Positions 8,658 to 17,925 of a stretch of 24,217 nt of DNA are shown here, one piece after another (position 1 is the first letter of the stretch; each line of letters opens with the position of its first letter). The notes below the pieces were generated by a model, which did no database searches, was not told the origin of the DNA, and worked only from the letters and a program-made list of their open reading frames with translations. Both the position numbers and the translations under genes were made by a program. This DNA is from a virus (Duplodnaviria; Caudoviricetes): positions 1 to 24,217 of IMG/VR virus record IMGVR_UViG_3300032227_000608. One strand, 5' to 3'.

Positions 8658-9073
8658 GCATCGAAGGCCGCATCGCCATCGACGTGAACTTCGCAGACTC
8701 GTCTGACGCCACGGGCGTGCAGTCGCTCAAGAAGATTTCGTTGGTGGACACCAGCAGCTATACGGCAGGCAAGGTCGCATTTGCTACGGGCACCGTCGGG
8801 GCCTCGCAGCAAACGCTTAGCATTTCGTCTTACTTGGACGCTGATGGCAACTCGGTCACGTTCACTTCTGTCAACCGTGCTGCGTTTCGCTGCGTTGGTG
8901 CCGAAGGGCTTTTCATTATCAGTGCTAGCCCGGAGTTAAGTGCTGGTCGAAGCAGTGGCAACGTGTGCGTCAATGACATCCCCGCCGCGTATCGTGCTGG
9001 TGGAGTGTCAGGCTACCGTGTCCGGACGGTAGCCGGAACTGGCACATACACCATCGTGCTCTACGGGACGTGA
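8654..9073 (+). CDS. Hypothetical beta-rich virion protein (139 aa)
   Basis: ATGA-coupled to the connector gene; sits between the adaptor and stopper genes. Confidence 0.7.
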   Translation: MSIEGRIAIDVNFADSSDATGVQSLKKISLVDTSSYTAGKVAFATGTVGASQQTLSISSYLDADGNSVTFTSVNRAAFRCVGAEGLFIISASPELSAGRSSGNVCVNDIPAAYRAGGVSGYRVRTVAGTGTYTIVLYGT

Positions 9074-9076
9074 GCC

Positions 9077-9397
9077 ATGCTGAAATCCGGCATCATGGAT
9101 CACAAGGCCGAGATTCAGTCGCCAACCGAGGGCGTCAACAGCATCGGCGAGCCGACGTTCACCTATTCGACGTTCGCCACCAGGTGGATCGCACTGCTGC
9201 CGCTGTCCGGTGCCGAGCGTGTTGCCAGCCTGCAGAACGAGGGCACTGTAACGCACCGGGTGCGGATGCGGTACACGGACGGCCTCAAGCCCAAGATGCG
9301 GCTGGTGAGCGTTGGTCGCACGTTTGAGATTGACTCGGTTGTCGAGCGTGGCCGACGTGAGGAGCACGAGCTGCTGGTCACGGAGGTCGTGGACTGA
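9077..9397 (+). CDS. Head closure/stopper protein (SPP1 gp16-like)
   Basis: 'THRVRMRY..GLKPKMRL....RTFEIDSV' pattern and gene position. Confidence 0.9.
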   Translation: MLKSGIMDHKAEIQSPTEGVNSIGEPTFTYSTFATRWIALLPLSGAERVASLQNEGTVTHRVRMRYTDGLKPKMRLVSVGRTFEIDSVVERGRREEHELLVTEVVD

Positions 9398-9990
9398 TGG
9401 CTGTGCAGCTGGGCATGTCGGTCGACGGCATCAAGGAAGTCCTCCAGGGCTTCCAGGCGTTGCCCATCGGGCTGCAACGAAAGTACTTGCGGGCCTCGGT
9501 CAACAAGGTCACCAAGCCCTATGTGCAGCCCGTTAAAGCTCTGATTGCCCGTGGGCCGACCGGAAACCTCAAGCGGTCGGTGGGCGTAGTTACGGAAGCC
9601 AAGGTTAAAGGCAAGACGCAGACCGCCGTGCTGGGGTTCCGGCGTGGTGATAAGAGCGGCCAGAACGGCAAAAAGTCTGGCTATCACGCCTGGTGGATTG
9701 AGAACGGCGTCAAGACCCGTACGCCGAAGAATGGCAGAGCACTCAAGGTGCCGATGGCCATGGCCAAGACATACAAGTACCTCATGGGCAAGGTGTCTCT
9801 GGTTGGCGGCGAAGACGGCGGGTCGATCTTCTTTCGCCAAGTCAATGGCTTTGCCGGCACTGGAAAGTTTGCGGCATGGGCCGACGAGACGCTGCCACGC
9901 ATCCGAGATGCCCTGCAGACCGAGCTCGTCAGTGCTCTGGCTAAAGCAGAAGCCGAGGCCATGCGGCGTGCGGCTAAGAGGTTCGAATAG
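9397..9990 (+). CDS. HK97 gp10-like tail component
   Basis: 'TGNLKRSV' and 'YHAWWIENG' motifs; basic protein located after the stopper. Confidence 0.8.
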   Translation: MAVQLGMSVDGIKEVLQGFQALPIGLQRKYLRASVNKVTKPYVQPVKALIARGPTGNLKRSVGVVTEAKVKGKTQTAVLGFRRGDKSGQNGKKSGYHAWWIENGVKTRTPKNGRALKVPMAMAKTYKYLMGKVSLVGGEDGGSIFFRQVNGFAGTGKFAAWADETLPRIRDALQTELVSALAKAEAEAMRRAAKRFE

Positions 9991-10403
9991 TGGCTACTGT
10001 CACACACATCGACGAGTCCCTGCTGCAGGTGCTGACGGCCGATGCCGAGGTCGCCATGCAGGCCGGCAGCCGCATCTACCAGGTGCAGGCCCCGCAGGGG
10101 ACAGCCTTCCCGTGCATCGTTTTCAACCGAGACTCGCAGCTGAAGACGCCGTTTACGCACATGCTCGGGGCCGGCAGTTTGATTCGTGCCACGTACACGT
10201 TTTCCTGCATCTCCGACAACCTGCTCGAGGTGCGAAACCTCACTCGGGCCGTAAAGGCAGCCCTACAATACAAGAGCACGTCTGCCATCCGCCTGGCATC
10301 CTGCGTGAGCGAGGACGACCAGACAGAGCCGGCAGCGAGCGGGGAGCAGCTCCCCATCTACCGCACGGATTTGCAAGTAGAAGTCACCTACAGTGAACCC
10401 TGA
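9990..10403 (+). CDS. Tail terminator/completion protein (DUF3168-like)
   Basis: 'GSRIYQVQAPQGTAFPCIVF' motif; directly before the tail tube gene. Confidence 0.8.
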   Translation: MATVTHIDESLLQVLTADAEVAMQAGSRIYQVQAPQGTAFPCIVFNRDSQLKTPFTHMLGAGSLIRATYTFSCISDNLLEVRNLTRAVKAALQYKSTSAIRLASCVSEDDQTEPAASGEQLPIYRTDLQVEVTYSEP

Positions 10404-10420
10404 GCAGGGAGGCTCAGACC

Positions 10421-10831
10421 ATGGCGAAAGACATCGGACAGGGCACCTACGTCACGTTCGGCAACATCGTAGGAAATGCCGCGACGCATTACGCTGTGAA
10501 CAGCGTCTCGCTCGGCGGCGTGTCGCGTGACGTGGTAGACGCATCGCACCTGCTCACCAGCGGCGGCAAGGAGTTCATCGGCAGCGAGTACTACGATCCG
10601 GGCGAGCTGACGCTGGAGATCCACCACGACCCGTCGCTCAACCCGGTGAACCTCTTGACCAACGTGAGCACCGCCCAGGTCTGCACGATCTTCTTCGCCA
10701 ACGGCGGCACGTCCACGGCGAAGTGGTCGGCCTATGGTTTCGCGTCTGCCTTCGAGGCGTCGGCCCCGAAGGACGACATGATGACCGGCTCGCTGACCAT
10801 CAAGCTCAGCGGCAACCTGAACGTCGGCTAG
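10421..10831 (+). CDS. Tail tube (major tail) protein, minimal 136-aa form
   Basis: 'VVDASHL...KEFI....DPGEL' and 'DDMMTGSLTIKLSG' motifs of lambda gpV-like tubes; GGAGG RBS. Confidence 0.88.
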   Translation: MAKDIGQGTYVTFGNIVGNAATHYAVNSVSLGGVSRDVVDASHLLTSGGKEFIGSEYYDPGELTLEIHHDPSLNPVNLLTNVSTAQVCTIFFANGGTSTAKWSAYGFASAFEASAPKDDMMTGSLTIKLSGNLNVG

Positions 10832-10850
10832 TCAGCAGGAGGCGCGGACT

Positions 10851-11201
10851 GTGGCTCTGACACGTGAGCAGATAAAGGCTAAGCGTGGCGTGCGGCCACG
10901 TGTGCCCGTAGAGGTGCCCGAGCTCGGCACCGTGTACGTCGCCAAGATGACCGCCAAAGACCGCGATGCTTTCGAGCAAATGGTCACAGGCGGCAAGGTG
11001 GGCGGCGTGAACCTGACCAACATCCGGGCACGGTTCGTGGCCCTGGTGTGCGTCAACGAGGACGGCACCAAGATGTTCGAGGAAGGCGACGCCGAGTGGC
11101 TCGGCGAGCTGGACACGGACATCGTGCAGGCCATCGTGGACGAAGGCTTCAAGCTCAACGGCATCGGTGGCAACGCTCTGGAGGACGCCACAAAAAACTA
11201 G
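10851..11201 (+). CDS. Tail assembly chaperone (gpG-like)
   Basis: Between tube and tape measure genes; ends ...ATKN-stop on a slippery site; AGGAGG RBS. Confidence 0.88.
   Translation: MALTREQIKAKRGVRPRVPVEVPELGTVYVAKMTAKDRDAFEQMVTGGKVGGVNLTNIRARFVALVCVNEDGTKMFEEGDAEWLGELDTDIVQAIVDEGFKLNGIGGNALEDATKN
11192..11198 (+). other. -1 programmed ribosomal frameshift site A_AAA_AAC
   Basis: Codons ACA AAA AAC TAG form an in-frame X_XXY_YYZ heptamer; the -1 frame is open to 11506. Confidence 0.88.
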
Positions 11202-11506
11202 AGCGCCGTCCGATCATCCTCTTCCTGTACCGCCTGGCCCTGCAGCTTGGCATCTGGAACGTCGAAGATCCGGGCGGCCTGGCGGAGACGATGAGCGTGG
11301 ACCAGCTGTACGGCTGGATGGCTGCGTTCACGTTGATGCCGTGGGGTGACGAGTGGCTGAGGGACGCGGTACTCATGGCACAGCAGTACAACGCGAACCG
11401 TCCCAAGGGTAAGCCGGCCCTGAAGCCGTGGGACTTTATGCCGATCGAGCAGCGTCCGCAGTCGCAGGACGAGATGTGGCGAATCCTCCAGCAGGTGAGG
11501 ACGTAA
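11198..11506 (+). CDS. gpT-like part of the frameshifted G-T chaperone (fusion 10851-11506)
   Basis: -1 frame reads 'LFLYRLALQLG...MSVDQLYGW...PWG...DFMP' and ends 3 nt before the tape measure ATG. Confidence 0.85.
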   Translation, partial: LERRPIILFLYRLALQLGIWNVEDPGGLAETMSVDQLYGWMAAFTLMPWGDEWLRDAVLMAQQYNANRPKGKPALKPWDFMPIEQRPQSQDEMWRILQQVRT

Positions 11507-11509
11507 GCC

Positions 11510-13252
11510 ATGGCTGCTAAGAACTTCGGCCGCGTCAACGTCTCGATCACCGCCAGCACGGGCGGGCTCACGGCTGGCCTGAGCCGGGCCGGCAAGCAGC
11601 TCACCGGCTTTTCGTCTTCTGTCGGTGGCATGAATGGCAGCCTGGCTGCACTCAGCGCCCAAGTTGCAGACGGCAGCGTGTTGTTTTCTGACGTTGGCGG
11701 CTTGCTTGGGACAGTCGCACTGTCGTTCAAAAACGGTGCTCTTGCCACCCATCTGTTTCGTGGGTCGATCCAGCTGCTGATAGTGACGATAAAGGCTTTG
11801 CTGATACCGCTGGCCATCGTCACATCCATCACATCGTTTTTTACCGCGTTGGGATCGGCCGCCCGCGATTTAGACGAGGCGTCAAAATCGGCTCAGCGTC
11901 TTGGCATGTCCATGACGACATTTCAGAACCTTAGCCAGGTCGCTGACGAAGCTGGTGTGAGCATGGGGCAACTGTCCGGCCTGCTCACCGCGATGACGCG
12001 CACCCTTGGCAACCTCATGAACGGAAGCAAGTCCGCTCAGAAAGCCTTGGCTGGAGTTGGCTTGACGCTGGCTGATCTGCAAGGGCTGTCGCCCGAGCGT
12101 CAGTTTGAGCTGATCGCACAACGCATCATGGCGTTGCCTACCGCCGCCGAGCGTACGGCCGCAGCCATGTCAATCTTCGGCCGCCAAGGCGCTGCTGCCA
12201 TGGGGCTGATTTCCGACGTGGCGTCTGGTGCCTATTCGGACATCGCCAAGTTGCGTGAGCAGCTGGGCTTGAACTTGACCGATTCGCAGGTCAAGGGCAT
12301 TGAGATGATGAACGATGCCATTGGCCGCACGTCGATGGTGTTTCAAGGATTCATCAACCAGTTTCTCGCAGGGCTGGCACCGGCAATCACCACGGTGGCC
12401 AACCTGTTCGTGAAGTTTTTTGCCGAGAACGAAAGCGGCTTTAGCATCGCCCAAACAATGGCGGCGGGTCTGACTAGCGCAATCAGGTTTGTTGCTGGCG
12501 CGATAACGCTCGTGTATGGCGTACTGCAACTGGGCGCTGCGGCGTGGGCAAAACTTGGTCAAGTTGGAATGACTGCCATGGGATTTCTTCTGCAGGGCTT
12601 AGCCGCTGTTCAAGAAGGAATTGCGGTATTGATGGACGTGATGGGAATGCTAGGCAAAGGCTTGGTAGATCTCATCATGGTGCCGATCAAGGGCATCATG
12701 TCGACGCTTGCCTCTCTGGCTGACACCATTGGCGCAACAGACATTGCGGCAGATTTAAGGCTTGGAATGCAGGTTGCGGACGGACTCACGCAAGGCTGGG
12801 ACAGTTTTGGAGATACTGTCCGCGGCAGCACGTTCTTGGCAGATGCCGCCGATGCTGCATTCTCTGAGGCTGCCATCTACGGCGACGCTGCAGATTCGTT
12901 GGCTGCGAGTGGGCTGCAAAACATAACCAGCCCGTTTGCTGCCTTCGACGAGGAGTTTGCCAGCGTCACGGCACAAATGCAGCAGGCTGGAGCTGCCGCA
13001 GGAACAAGCGCTGGCCAAAGCATCTCGACGCAGTTGGCCGCCAGCACAGAGGCCCTCAAAGCCATCGTGGTAGGCACGTCGGATGGTGAAGCCTTCCGTA
13101 ACTCCATCATGCGGGGTGCAGATCCACGCCTCGAGGGAGACGCCCAGAAGGAGACAGCCGAGAACACTGGCGAGATGGTTGACCAACTGGACGAGCTCAA
13201 CGGCAACCTTGCTGGCTCGGGTGGGTTTGGCCTTGCAGCAATCACGGTGTAG
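11510..13252 (+). CDS. Tail tape measure protein (580 aa)
   Basis: Ala/Gly/Leu-rich, helical, with hydrophobic stretches; 'AAMSIFGRQG' motif; follows G/GT. Confidence 0.92.
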   Translation: MAAKNFGRVNVSITASTGGLTAGLSRAGKQLTGFSSSVGGMNGSLAALSAQVADGSVLFSDVGGLLGTVALSFKNGALATHLFRGSIQLLIVTIKALLIPLAIVTSITSFFTALGSAARDLDEASKSAQRLGMSMTTFQNLSQVADEAGVSMGQLSGLLTAMTRTLGNLMNGSKSAQKALAGVGLTLADLQGLSPERQFELIAQRIMALPTAAERTAAAMSIFGRQGAAAMGLISDVASGAYSDIAKLREQLGLNLTDSQVKGIEMMNDAIGRTSMVFQGFINQFLAGLAPAITTVANLFVKFFAENESGFSIAQTMAAGLTSAIRFVAGAITLVYGVLQLGAAAWAKLGQVGMTAMGFLLQGLAAVQEGIAVLMDVMGMLGKGLVDLIMVPIKGIMSTLASLADTIGATDIAADLRLGMQVADGLTQGWDSFGDTVRGSTFLADAADAAFSEAAIYGDAADSLAASGLQNITSPFAAFDEEFASVTAQMQQAGAAAGTSAGQSISTQLAASTEALKAIVVGTSDGEAFRNSIMRGADPRLEGDAQKETAENTGEMVDQLDELNGNLAGSGGFGLAAITV

Positions 13253-13254
13253 CC

Positions 13255-14205
13255 ATGGCACTGACCGACGCGCGCATCCTGCGGTCGCTGAAAATCTCTG
13301 AGTCCAAAGCGGACAAGGGGACGAAGCAGATTTCCGCAACGCAAGAGCTGCTGATTCTGTCGGATACCAAAGATCCGTCATTCAACGAGATTCTGGCAGA
13401 CACCACAGTCTGGACCAATCTTGGCGGATCGGCTTTGCCGCAGATTGACGACGAGACGGTTGTAAATGGAGTAACGCTCAACGTTACGTCACGTTCCCTG
13501 TCGTACTTCAAAGACAACGAGCGAGCCGTTGTCATGGAGGTGCGGTATGACGCCAAGGCTGAGCCAGGCGGCGGGTCAGAGCAGCCGGAGGGCACCGATC
13601 CTGAGACGTGGCAGAAAATAACCGTTACAAGCCAGCAGGTGACTAAGCCTGCAGTTGGATGGGGGACCATTGGGGCCATACCCGCAGAAAACGATGCCGG
13701 CGACGGCCATGGAGCGCAGAACTCGGCGGGCGACCCGGTGGACGGACTTGAGGAAGAGTCGTCCATGGTCAAGTTGACCTACACCAACACGCAGGTCGTG
13801 AGCCCTAACTTCACTGAACTCAATCGGTACACCAATCGATGCAACAGCAACACGTTTCTTGGTGCTGGCTTGTACCAAGTGCGAATGATCGGGTGGAATG
13901 CAGAGTACGACCAAAAGAATAACGTCTGGTCCGTCTCTGTTGAGTTCCTGTACGCCCCGGACGGCTGGCAAATCAAGTACTTCGACGCCGGCTACAACGA
14001 AATCATTGACGGCCAGCGAAGAGCCATTGTCGACAAGGCCGGAAATCCTGTGAGCAAGCCTGTGCCGCTAAATGGCCAGGGCCAGGCCCAGACCATCAAT
14101 CCGTCTCCGACTGGTGACGAGAAGCCAACTGCACCGCAAGAGCTTGAGCTCTACCCGTACAAACTGGCTGAAATGTCCAGCCTGTTCGCAAACTGCGGAA
14201 TCTAA
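13255..14205 (+). CDS. Putative distal tail/hub protein (316 aa)
   Basis: First gene after the tape measure; function inferred from position only. Confidence 0.55.
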   Translation: MALTDARILRSLKISESKADKGTKQISATQELLILSDTKDPSFNEILADTTVWTNLGGSALPQIDDETVVNGVTLNVTSRSLSYFKDNERAVVMEVRYDAKAEPGGGSEQPEGTDPETWQKITVTSQQVTKPAVGWGTIGAIPAENDAGDGHGAQNSAGDPVDGLEEESSMVKLTYTNTQVVSPNFTELNRYTNRCNSNTFLGAGLYQVRMIGWNAEYDQKNNVWSVSVEFLYAPDGWQIKYFDAGYNEIIDGQRRAIVDKAGNPVSKPVPLNGQGQAQTINPSPTGDEKPTAPQELELYPYKLAEMSSLFANCGI

Positions 14206-14214
14206 GGAGTAGCC

Positions 14215-14595
14215 ATGGCCAATGAAGTCAATGTTGCGTTTTCGCTGCGTGTCAAGAACGGCAACGCGGACGAGTCCTTTGCCGTGTCCGGTGCTCAGTT
14301 CAACCAGTCGACGCAAGGGTCAGTCGGAGGCATCGTCCAGATTGGCACGGCCGTTGAAACCATTGCCTTGGGCGACGTGACTTCCGCTGGCTACGCAGCG
14401 TTCCGCAATCTCTCGACTGCCACCAGCGGCACGGCCTACATCGCCCTGGGTGCGTACGTCGGCACGAACCTGCACGAGTTTGTTTCGCTTCGTCGTGGAC
14501 AGCCGGCAATGCTGCCGCTGACGGCGAATGTGACGCTGGCAGCCAAGTCGTACGGCCAAGCGTTGCCGTTGCGGTACGTCATTTTCTCGGAGTAG
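14215..14595 (+). CDS. Hypothetical beta-rich virion protein (126 aa)
   Basis: TAAGGAG RBS; located in the tail operon. Confidence 0.7.
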   Translation: MANEVNVAFSLRVKNGNADESFAVSGAQFNQSTQGSVGGIVQIGTAVETIALGDVTSAGYAAFRNLSTATSGTAYIALGAYVGTNLHEFVSLRRGQPAMLPLTANVTLAAKSYGQALPLRYVIFSE

Positions 14596-14598
14596 CCA

Positions 14599-15090
14599 GT
14601 GGCCGCCTTCGGCTTCAACGAGAACGATGCCAAGCGTATCGGCAGGGCCGTGCGCGCCGTTGAGCGTGATCCAACTAAGGTGCGACTTGGCGGGCCAAGT
14701 GCTGACGGCGCTGCACCAGGCGTGCGCCTGCTGATCGCCAAGCACGAAGGCAGCAGCTGGCCGGTTGATTCCACTGCGGTCGTCACTGTCTACAACGGCG
14801 ACCAGGGTGATATCTCTTCTGCCGTAACCGCAGTTGCCTACAACCAATACATTCGGTTTGGGACGCAACCTGTCTGCAGTTCACGATGGGTCGCACTTGG
14901 CCACAACGGGTTCAACTGGATTCCCGTCGACTCACAGGACGCCTGCGACAATTGCGACAGTGAGATCGGCGGCATCGACTTTTCAGTGTTCACGGGATTT
15001 GCCAAGACGAACACGCAGATCCTTGGCCACGATGGCAGCGGCTGCATTCGCTGGTACGACATCTTCACCTGCGCCACTGCGTCGACATGA
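14599..15090 (+). CDS. Hypothetical tail-tip protein with five Cys in the C-terminal half
   Basis: Tightly packed in the operon; ATGA overlap with the next gene. Confidence 0.7.
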   Translation: MAAFGFNENDAKRIGRAVRAVERDPTKVRLGGPSADGAAPGVRLLIAKHEGSSWPVDSTAVVTVYNGDQGDISSAVTAVAYNQYIRFGTQPVCSSRWVALGHNGFNWIPVDSQDACDNCDSEIGGIDFSVFTGFAKTNTQILGHDGSGCIRWYDIFTCATAST

Positions 15091-15575
15091 GTGACTACGT
15101 CGGCCGTTCCGTTTCCGGCAAGATCCGCGTGCACACGCCAGACCCTTACACGCTCCAGGTGTTTCTGCAGCAGCGAGGCGACACCCGCAATCTTCCGTGC
15201 AAGTGCTGCGCGACTTCGTGCCCGACTCAAGTCTCTATCTCGGTGTCATTCTGCGGCATGACAGTCACGGCCACTGTGCCAATACCGGGTGTTCTTGGTT
15301 TTGCACAGGCAAACCTTCCAGACGGCTCCTATCTGACTGTGAGTGCACAGATAACCTGCGGGCCGTGCGGGTGGTTTTTTGACATGGGTGTGTGCGCTTA
15401 TTGCGATGCGACGCAACAGGCGGCGTCTGATGGTTTCACGGCCGCCATTCCATTTGCAGCCACGCCCAATGCCAGCGGCACGTACTGCCCGCAAACAGGA
15501 GCAGTGACGCTCACGTGCTTCGGAGACCAGTTCGGCATCCCCTGCGTGACCACCCCGAGCGTGAGCATCGCATGA
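15087..15575 (+). CDS. Cys-rich hypothetical protein (12 Cys in 162 aa), possible receptor-binding protein
   Basis: CKCC, CGPC and CAYC motifs; ATGA-coupled on both sides. Confidence 0.7.
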   Translation: MSDYVGRSVSGKIRVHTPDPYTLQVFLQQRGDTRNLPCKCCATSCPTQVSISVSFCGMTVTATVPIPGVLGFAQANLPDGSYLTVSAQITCGPCGWFFDMGVCAYCDATQQAASDGFTAAIPFAATPNASGTYCPQTGAVTLTCFGDQFGIPCVTTPSVSIA

Positions 15576-16288
15576 ACATCCTAACTGCTACCGCAGGCCG
15601 CCCCGAGATCGCCCGCGTCTGGTGTGCGGCCGTCTCGGCCACGCTCACGACGCCACACGTGGCCACCGTTCTCTACACCGGAGCGGACCCGCAATGCTCC
15701 TGCGACGTGCTCGAGGTGCCTGCCATCAGCCCGGTGATGGGCATGACCATCGACCGCTACGTCGACGGCCCGGTGCGAATGTTCCTTGAGGAAGACATGA
15801 TCCCTGTGCGGCCGTGGTGTGTCGACGATTACCCCGGCCGCCTGGTGGCCGCCCAGGGAAACCACCACGGTCAGCCGTGGCCGGCGTTGACCATTATGCG
15901 GGACGCTGGCGAGCCCACCACCGCGATCGTGCCGCAGCGGTTTGTGCGGGACGGTGGCTGCCCAGACTGGTTGCCGGCGGATCTATGCGAGCCGGCTCTG
16001 CGAGCAAACGCCAAGGTACTCGGCCAGCACTTTCTGCACATCGACAAGATGTACCGCCAGGGCGTGCCCGAGGCTGACGCCAAGAACGAGCTGCTTGAGC
16101 TGCTGCGGCTGCGGTTTGCCGAAGCCCGGCCTGCAAAGCGTGGCCTTGGCGACATGGTGGCCGCTGGCCTGTCGGCTGTCGGCATTACGCCCGAGCGTGT
16201 AAGCAAGGCTCTTGGCGTGAAAGACTGCGGATGCAAGGGCAGGGCCGAGTCCCTCAACGCACTGGGCCGACGCCTCGGCATTGGTTGA
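15572..16288 (+). CDS. Possible degenerate GT-A-like protein fused to a C-terminal GLGD...CGC domain
   Basis: 'RMFLEEDMIPVRP' resembles a GT-A DxD region; C-terminus reads 'GLGDMVAAGLSAVGI...DCGCKGRAESLN'. ATG at 15572 is coupled to the previous stop. Confidence 0.55.
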   Translation: MNILTATAGRPEIARVWCAAVSATLTTPHVATVLYTGADPQCSCDVLEVPAISPVMGMTIDRYVDGPVRMFLEEDMIPVRPWCVDDYPGRLVAAQGNHHGQPWPALTIMRDAGEPTTAIVPQRFVRDGGCPDWLPADLCEPALRANAKVLGQHFLHIDKMYRQGVPEADAKNELLELLRLRFAEARPAKRGLGDMVAAGLSAVGITPERVSKALGVKDCGCKGRAESLNALGRRLGIG

Positions 16289-16323
16289 CACCGTCGCCAT
16301 AGTGCTGGCGAAAGGACCGCACG

Positions 16324-16614
16324 ATGCCCGAGGACCACGACGTCACCATCGACGGCAAGCGGTGGCTGTTGCGGTTCACCAAGCTCACGGGCGATGCGTG
16401 CGGGTGGACGTACTTCGACAACGCCAAGCGGCCACGGATTCTGATTGACGAGCGGCTGCGTGGTGGTGCCCGACTTGAGACGATCGTGCACGAGCTGCTG
16501 CACGCGAGCCTCGGGCCGAGCATTAGCGAAGAGGCAGTTACCGAGGCGGCAAAGGTAGTGCGGAGAACGCTGACAAACCTTGGCTACAAGGAGGTGCCGC
16601 GTGGCAAAGACTAA
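16324..16614 (+). CDS. Small HExxH zincin-like protein
   Basis: 'ILID......LETIVHELLHA.....SEE.V' minimal metallopeptidase pattern; AAAGGA RBS. Confidence 0.7.
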   Translation: MPEDHDVTIDGKRWLLRFTKLTGDACGWTYFDNAKRPRILIDERLRGGARLETIVHELLHASLGPSISEEAVTEAAKVVRRTLTNLGYKEVPRGKD

Positions 16615-16864
16615 GAAACTTTCTGCCGCCATTCTCGCCAGGGCCACGAACACGCGGCACGGATCGCTGCCCTGGTATCGCCTGCTGCCGGCCGACGTGG
16701 TCGCCGAGCTCGAGCAGCTGCGGGTCGATTGGGAGAGCGGCAAAACTGGACTTCAGAAGCGGGCGATGGCACGAGCCATAAGGGCCGAAATGCAGTCGCG
16801 TGCGCTACCGGTCTGTGGCATCCAAGGAGTCGAAGGATGGCTCGACAGAGAAGGCAAACCCTAA
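16601..16864 (+). CDS. Hypothetical protein (87 aa)
   Basis: GTG preceded by AAGGAGGT; overlaps both neighbours. Confidence 0.7.
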   Translation: MAKTKKLSAAILARATNTRHGSLPWYRLLPADVVAELEQLRVDWESGKTGLQKRAMARAIRAEMQSRALPVCGIQGVEGWLDREGKP

Positions 16865-17925
16865 GCGATGCCGTGCTTGCACAAGCGGCGGCCCAGCAGC
16901 AACTGACGGCCGATGCCGAGCTCGCCCGGCTGCGGGCTGAGGTGGCTGGCCTACGGTCCAAGTACAAGACGGCCCTTGAGCAGATCGACCGCGAGCGTGA
17001 GCGGGGCGACCGTTTCACAGCGTTGCAAGGCGTAACGCCCGTGGCCTTGACCAAAACTGTCAAGGCTCACAAGAAGAGGTCCAAGCACGACGCCACGGCC
17101 ATCCTGATGCTTTCGGACATCCACTGTGAAGAGCGGGTGCTGCCCGAGACGGTCAACGGCGAGAACGACTACTCGCTTGACGTATGTCAACTGCGGATTG
17201 CCGAGATTGAAGAGCGGTTCCTCGACTGCCTTGAGCACGAGCGGAACCAGGCAGACGTCAGGCGGGTGGTCATCTGGCTGGGCGGCGACTTCATTACGGG
17301 GCACATTCACCCGGACTGCGTTGAGGTGGCCCAGTTATCGCCGATGAACGCCACGCGGTGGATCGCCGAGCGACTCCGGGCGCTGATCAACAGCGTGGCC
17401 ACGCACGCTGACGAGGTGATTGTCTGCACCAACGCCGGGAACCACGGGCGGTCCACGGAGAAAAACCGGATCGCCACTGAGCTCGAGCACTCGTGGGAGC
17501 AGCTGATGTACTTCACGTTGGCCCGCGAGGAGACAAACAAAAACGTGCGGTGGCAGATCGCAGAAGGTCACCTGGGCTACGTCGACCTGGACGGGTTCCT
17601 GCTACGCACGACTCACGGTCACTCAATCAGGTTTGCTGGGGGGGTCTACGGCCTGGCCCTGCCGGCGAGCAAGGCGATCGCCCGATGGGACGCAGGCCGG
17701 AAGGCTCACCTGACGATCTTCGGGCATTACCACTGCTGGGGCTGGCTGCGTGGTGCACGCTACGTCGCCAACGGAAGCGTGATTGGACACTCGCCATACG
17801 CTGAGCGAGTCGCCTCACCGGAGCGGCCGTGCCAAGGAATGGTGATCGTGGACCACGGGCGACAAGAGGTGACGCGGGCGTACCCGCTGTTCTGTGACAG
17901 GGATCTGAGAAAGGCCAAGGAATGA
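16837..17925 (+). CDS. Calcineurin-like metallophosphoesterase with N-terminal coiled coil
   Basis: All five motifs present: SDIH, GGD, GNHG, THGH, GHYH. Start at ATG 16837 is inferred. Confidence 0.9.
   Translation: MARQRRQTLSDAVLAQAAAQQQLTADAELARLRAEVAGLRSKYKTALEQIDRERERGDRFTALQGVTPVALTKTVKAHKKRSKHDATAILMLSDIHCEERVLPETVNGENDYSLDVCQLRIAEIEERFLDCLEHERNQADVRRVVIWLGGDFITGHIHPDCVEVAQLSPMNATRWIAERLRALINSVATHADEVIVCTNAGNHGRSTEKNRIATELEHSWEQLMYFTLAREETNKNVRWQIAEGHLGYVDLDGFLLRTTHGHSIRFAGGVYGLALPASKAIARWDAGRKAHLTIFGHYHCWGWLRGARYVANGSVIGHSPYAERVASPERPCQGMVIVDHGRQEVTRAYPLFCDRDLRKAKE

Noticed and set aside
16285-16311. Perfect TTGACA and a 6-bp inverted repeat before the accessory block
   Set aside because: No -10 element at 16-18 nt spacing; too weak to call a promoter.
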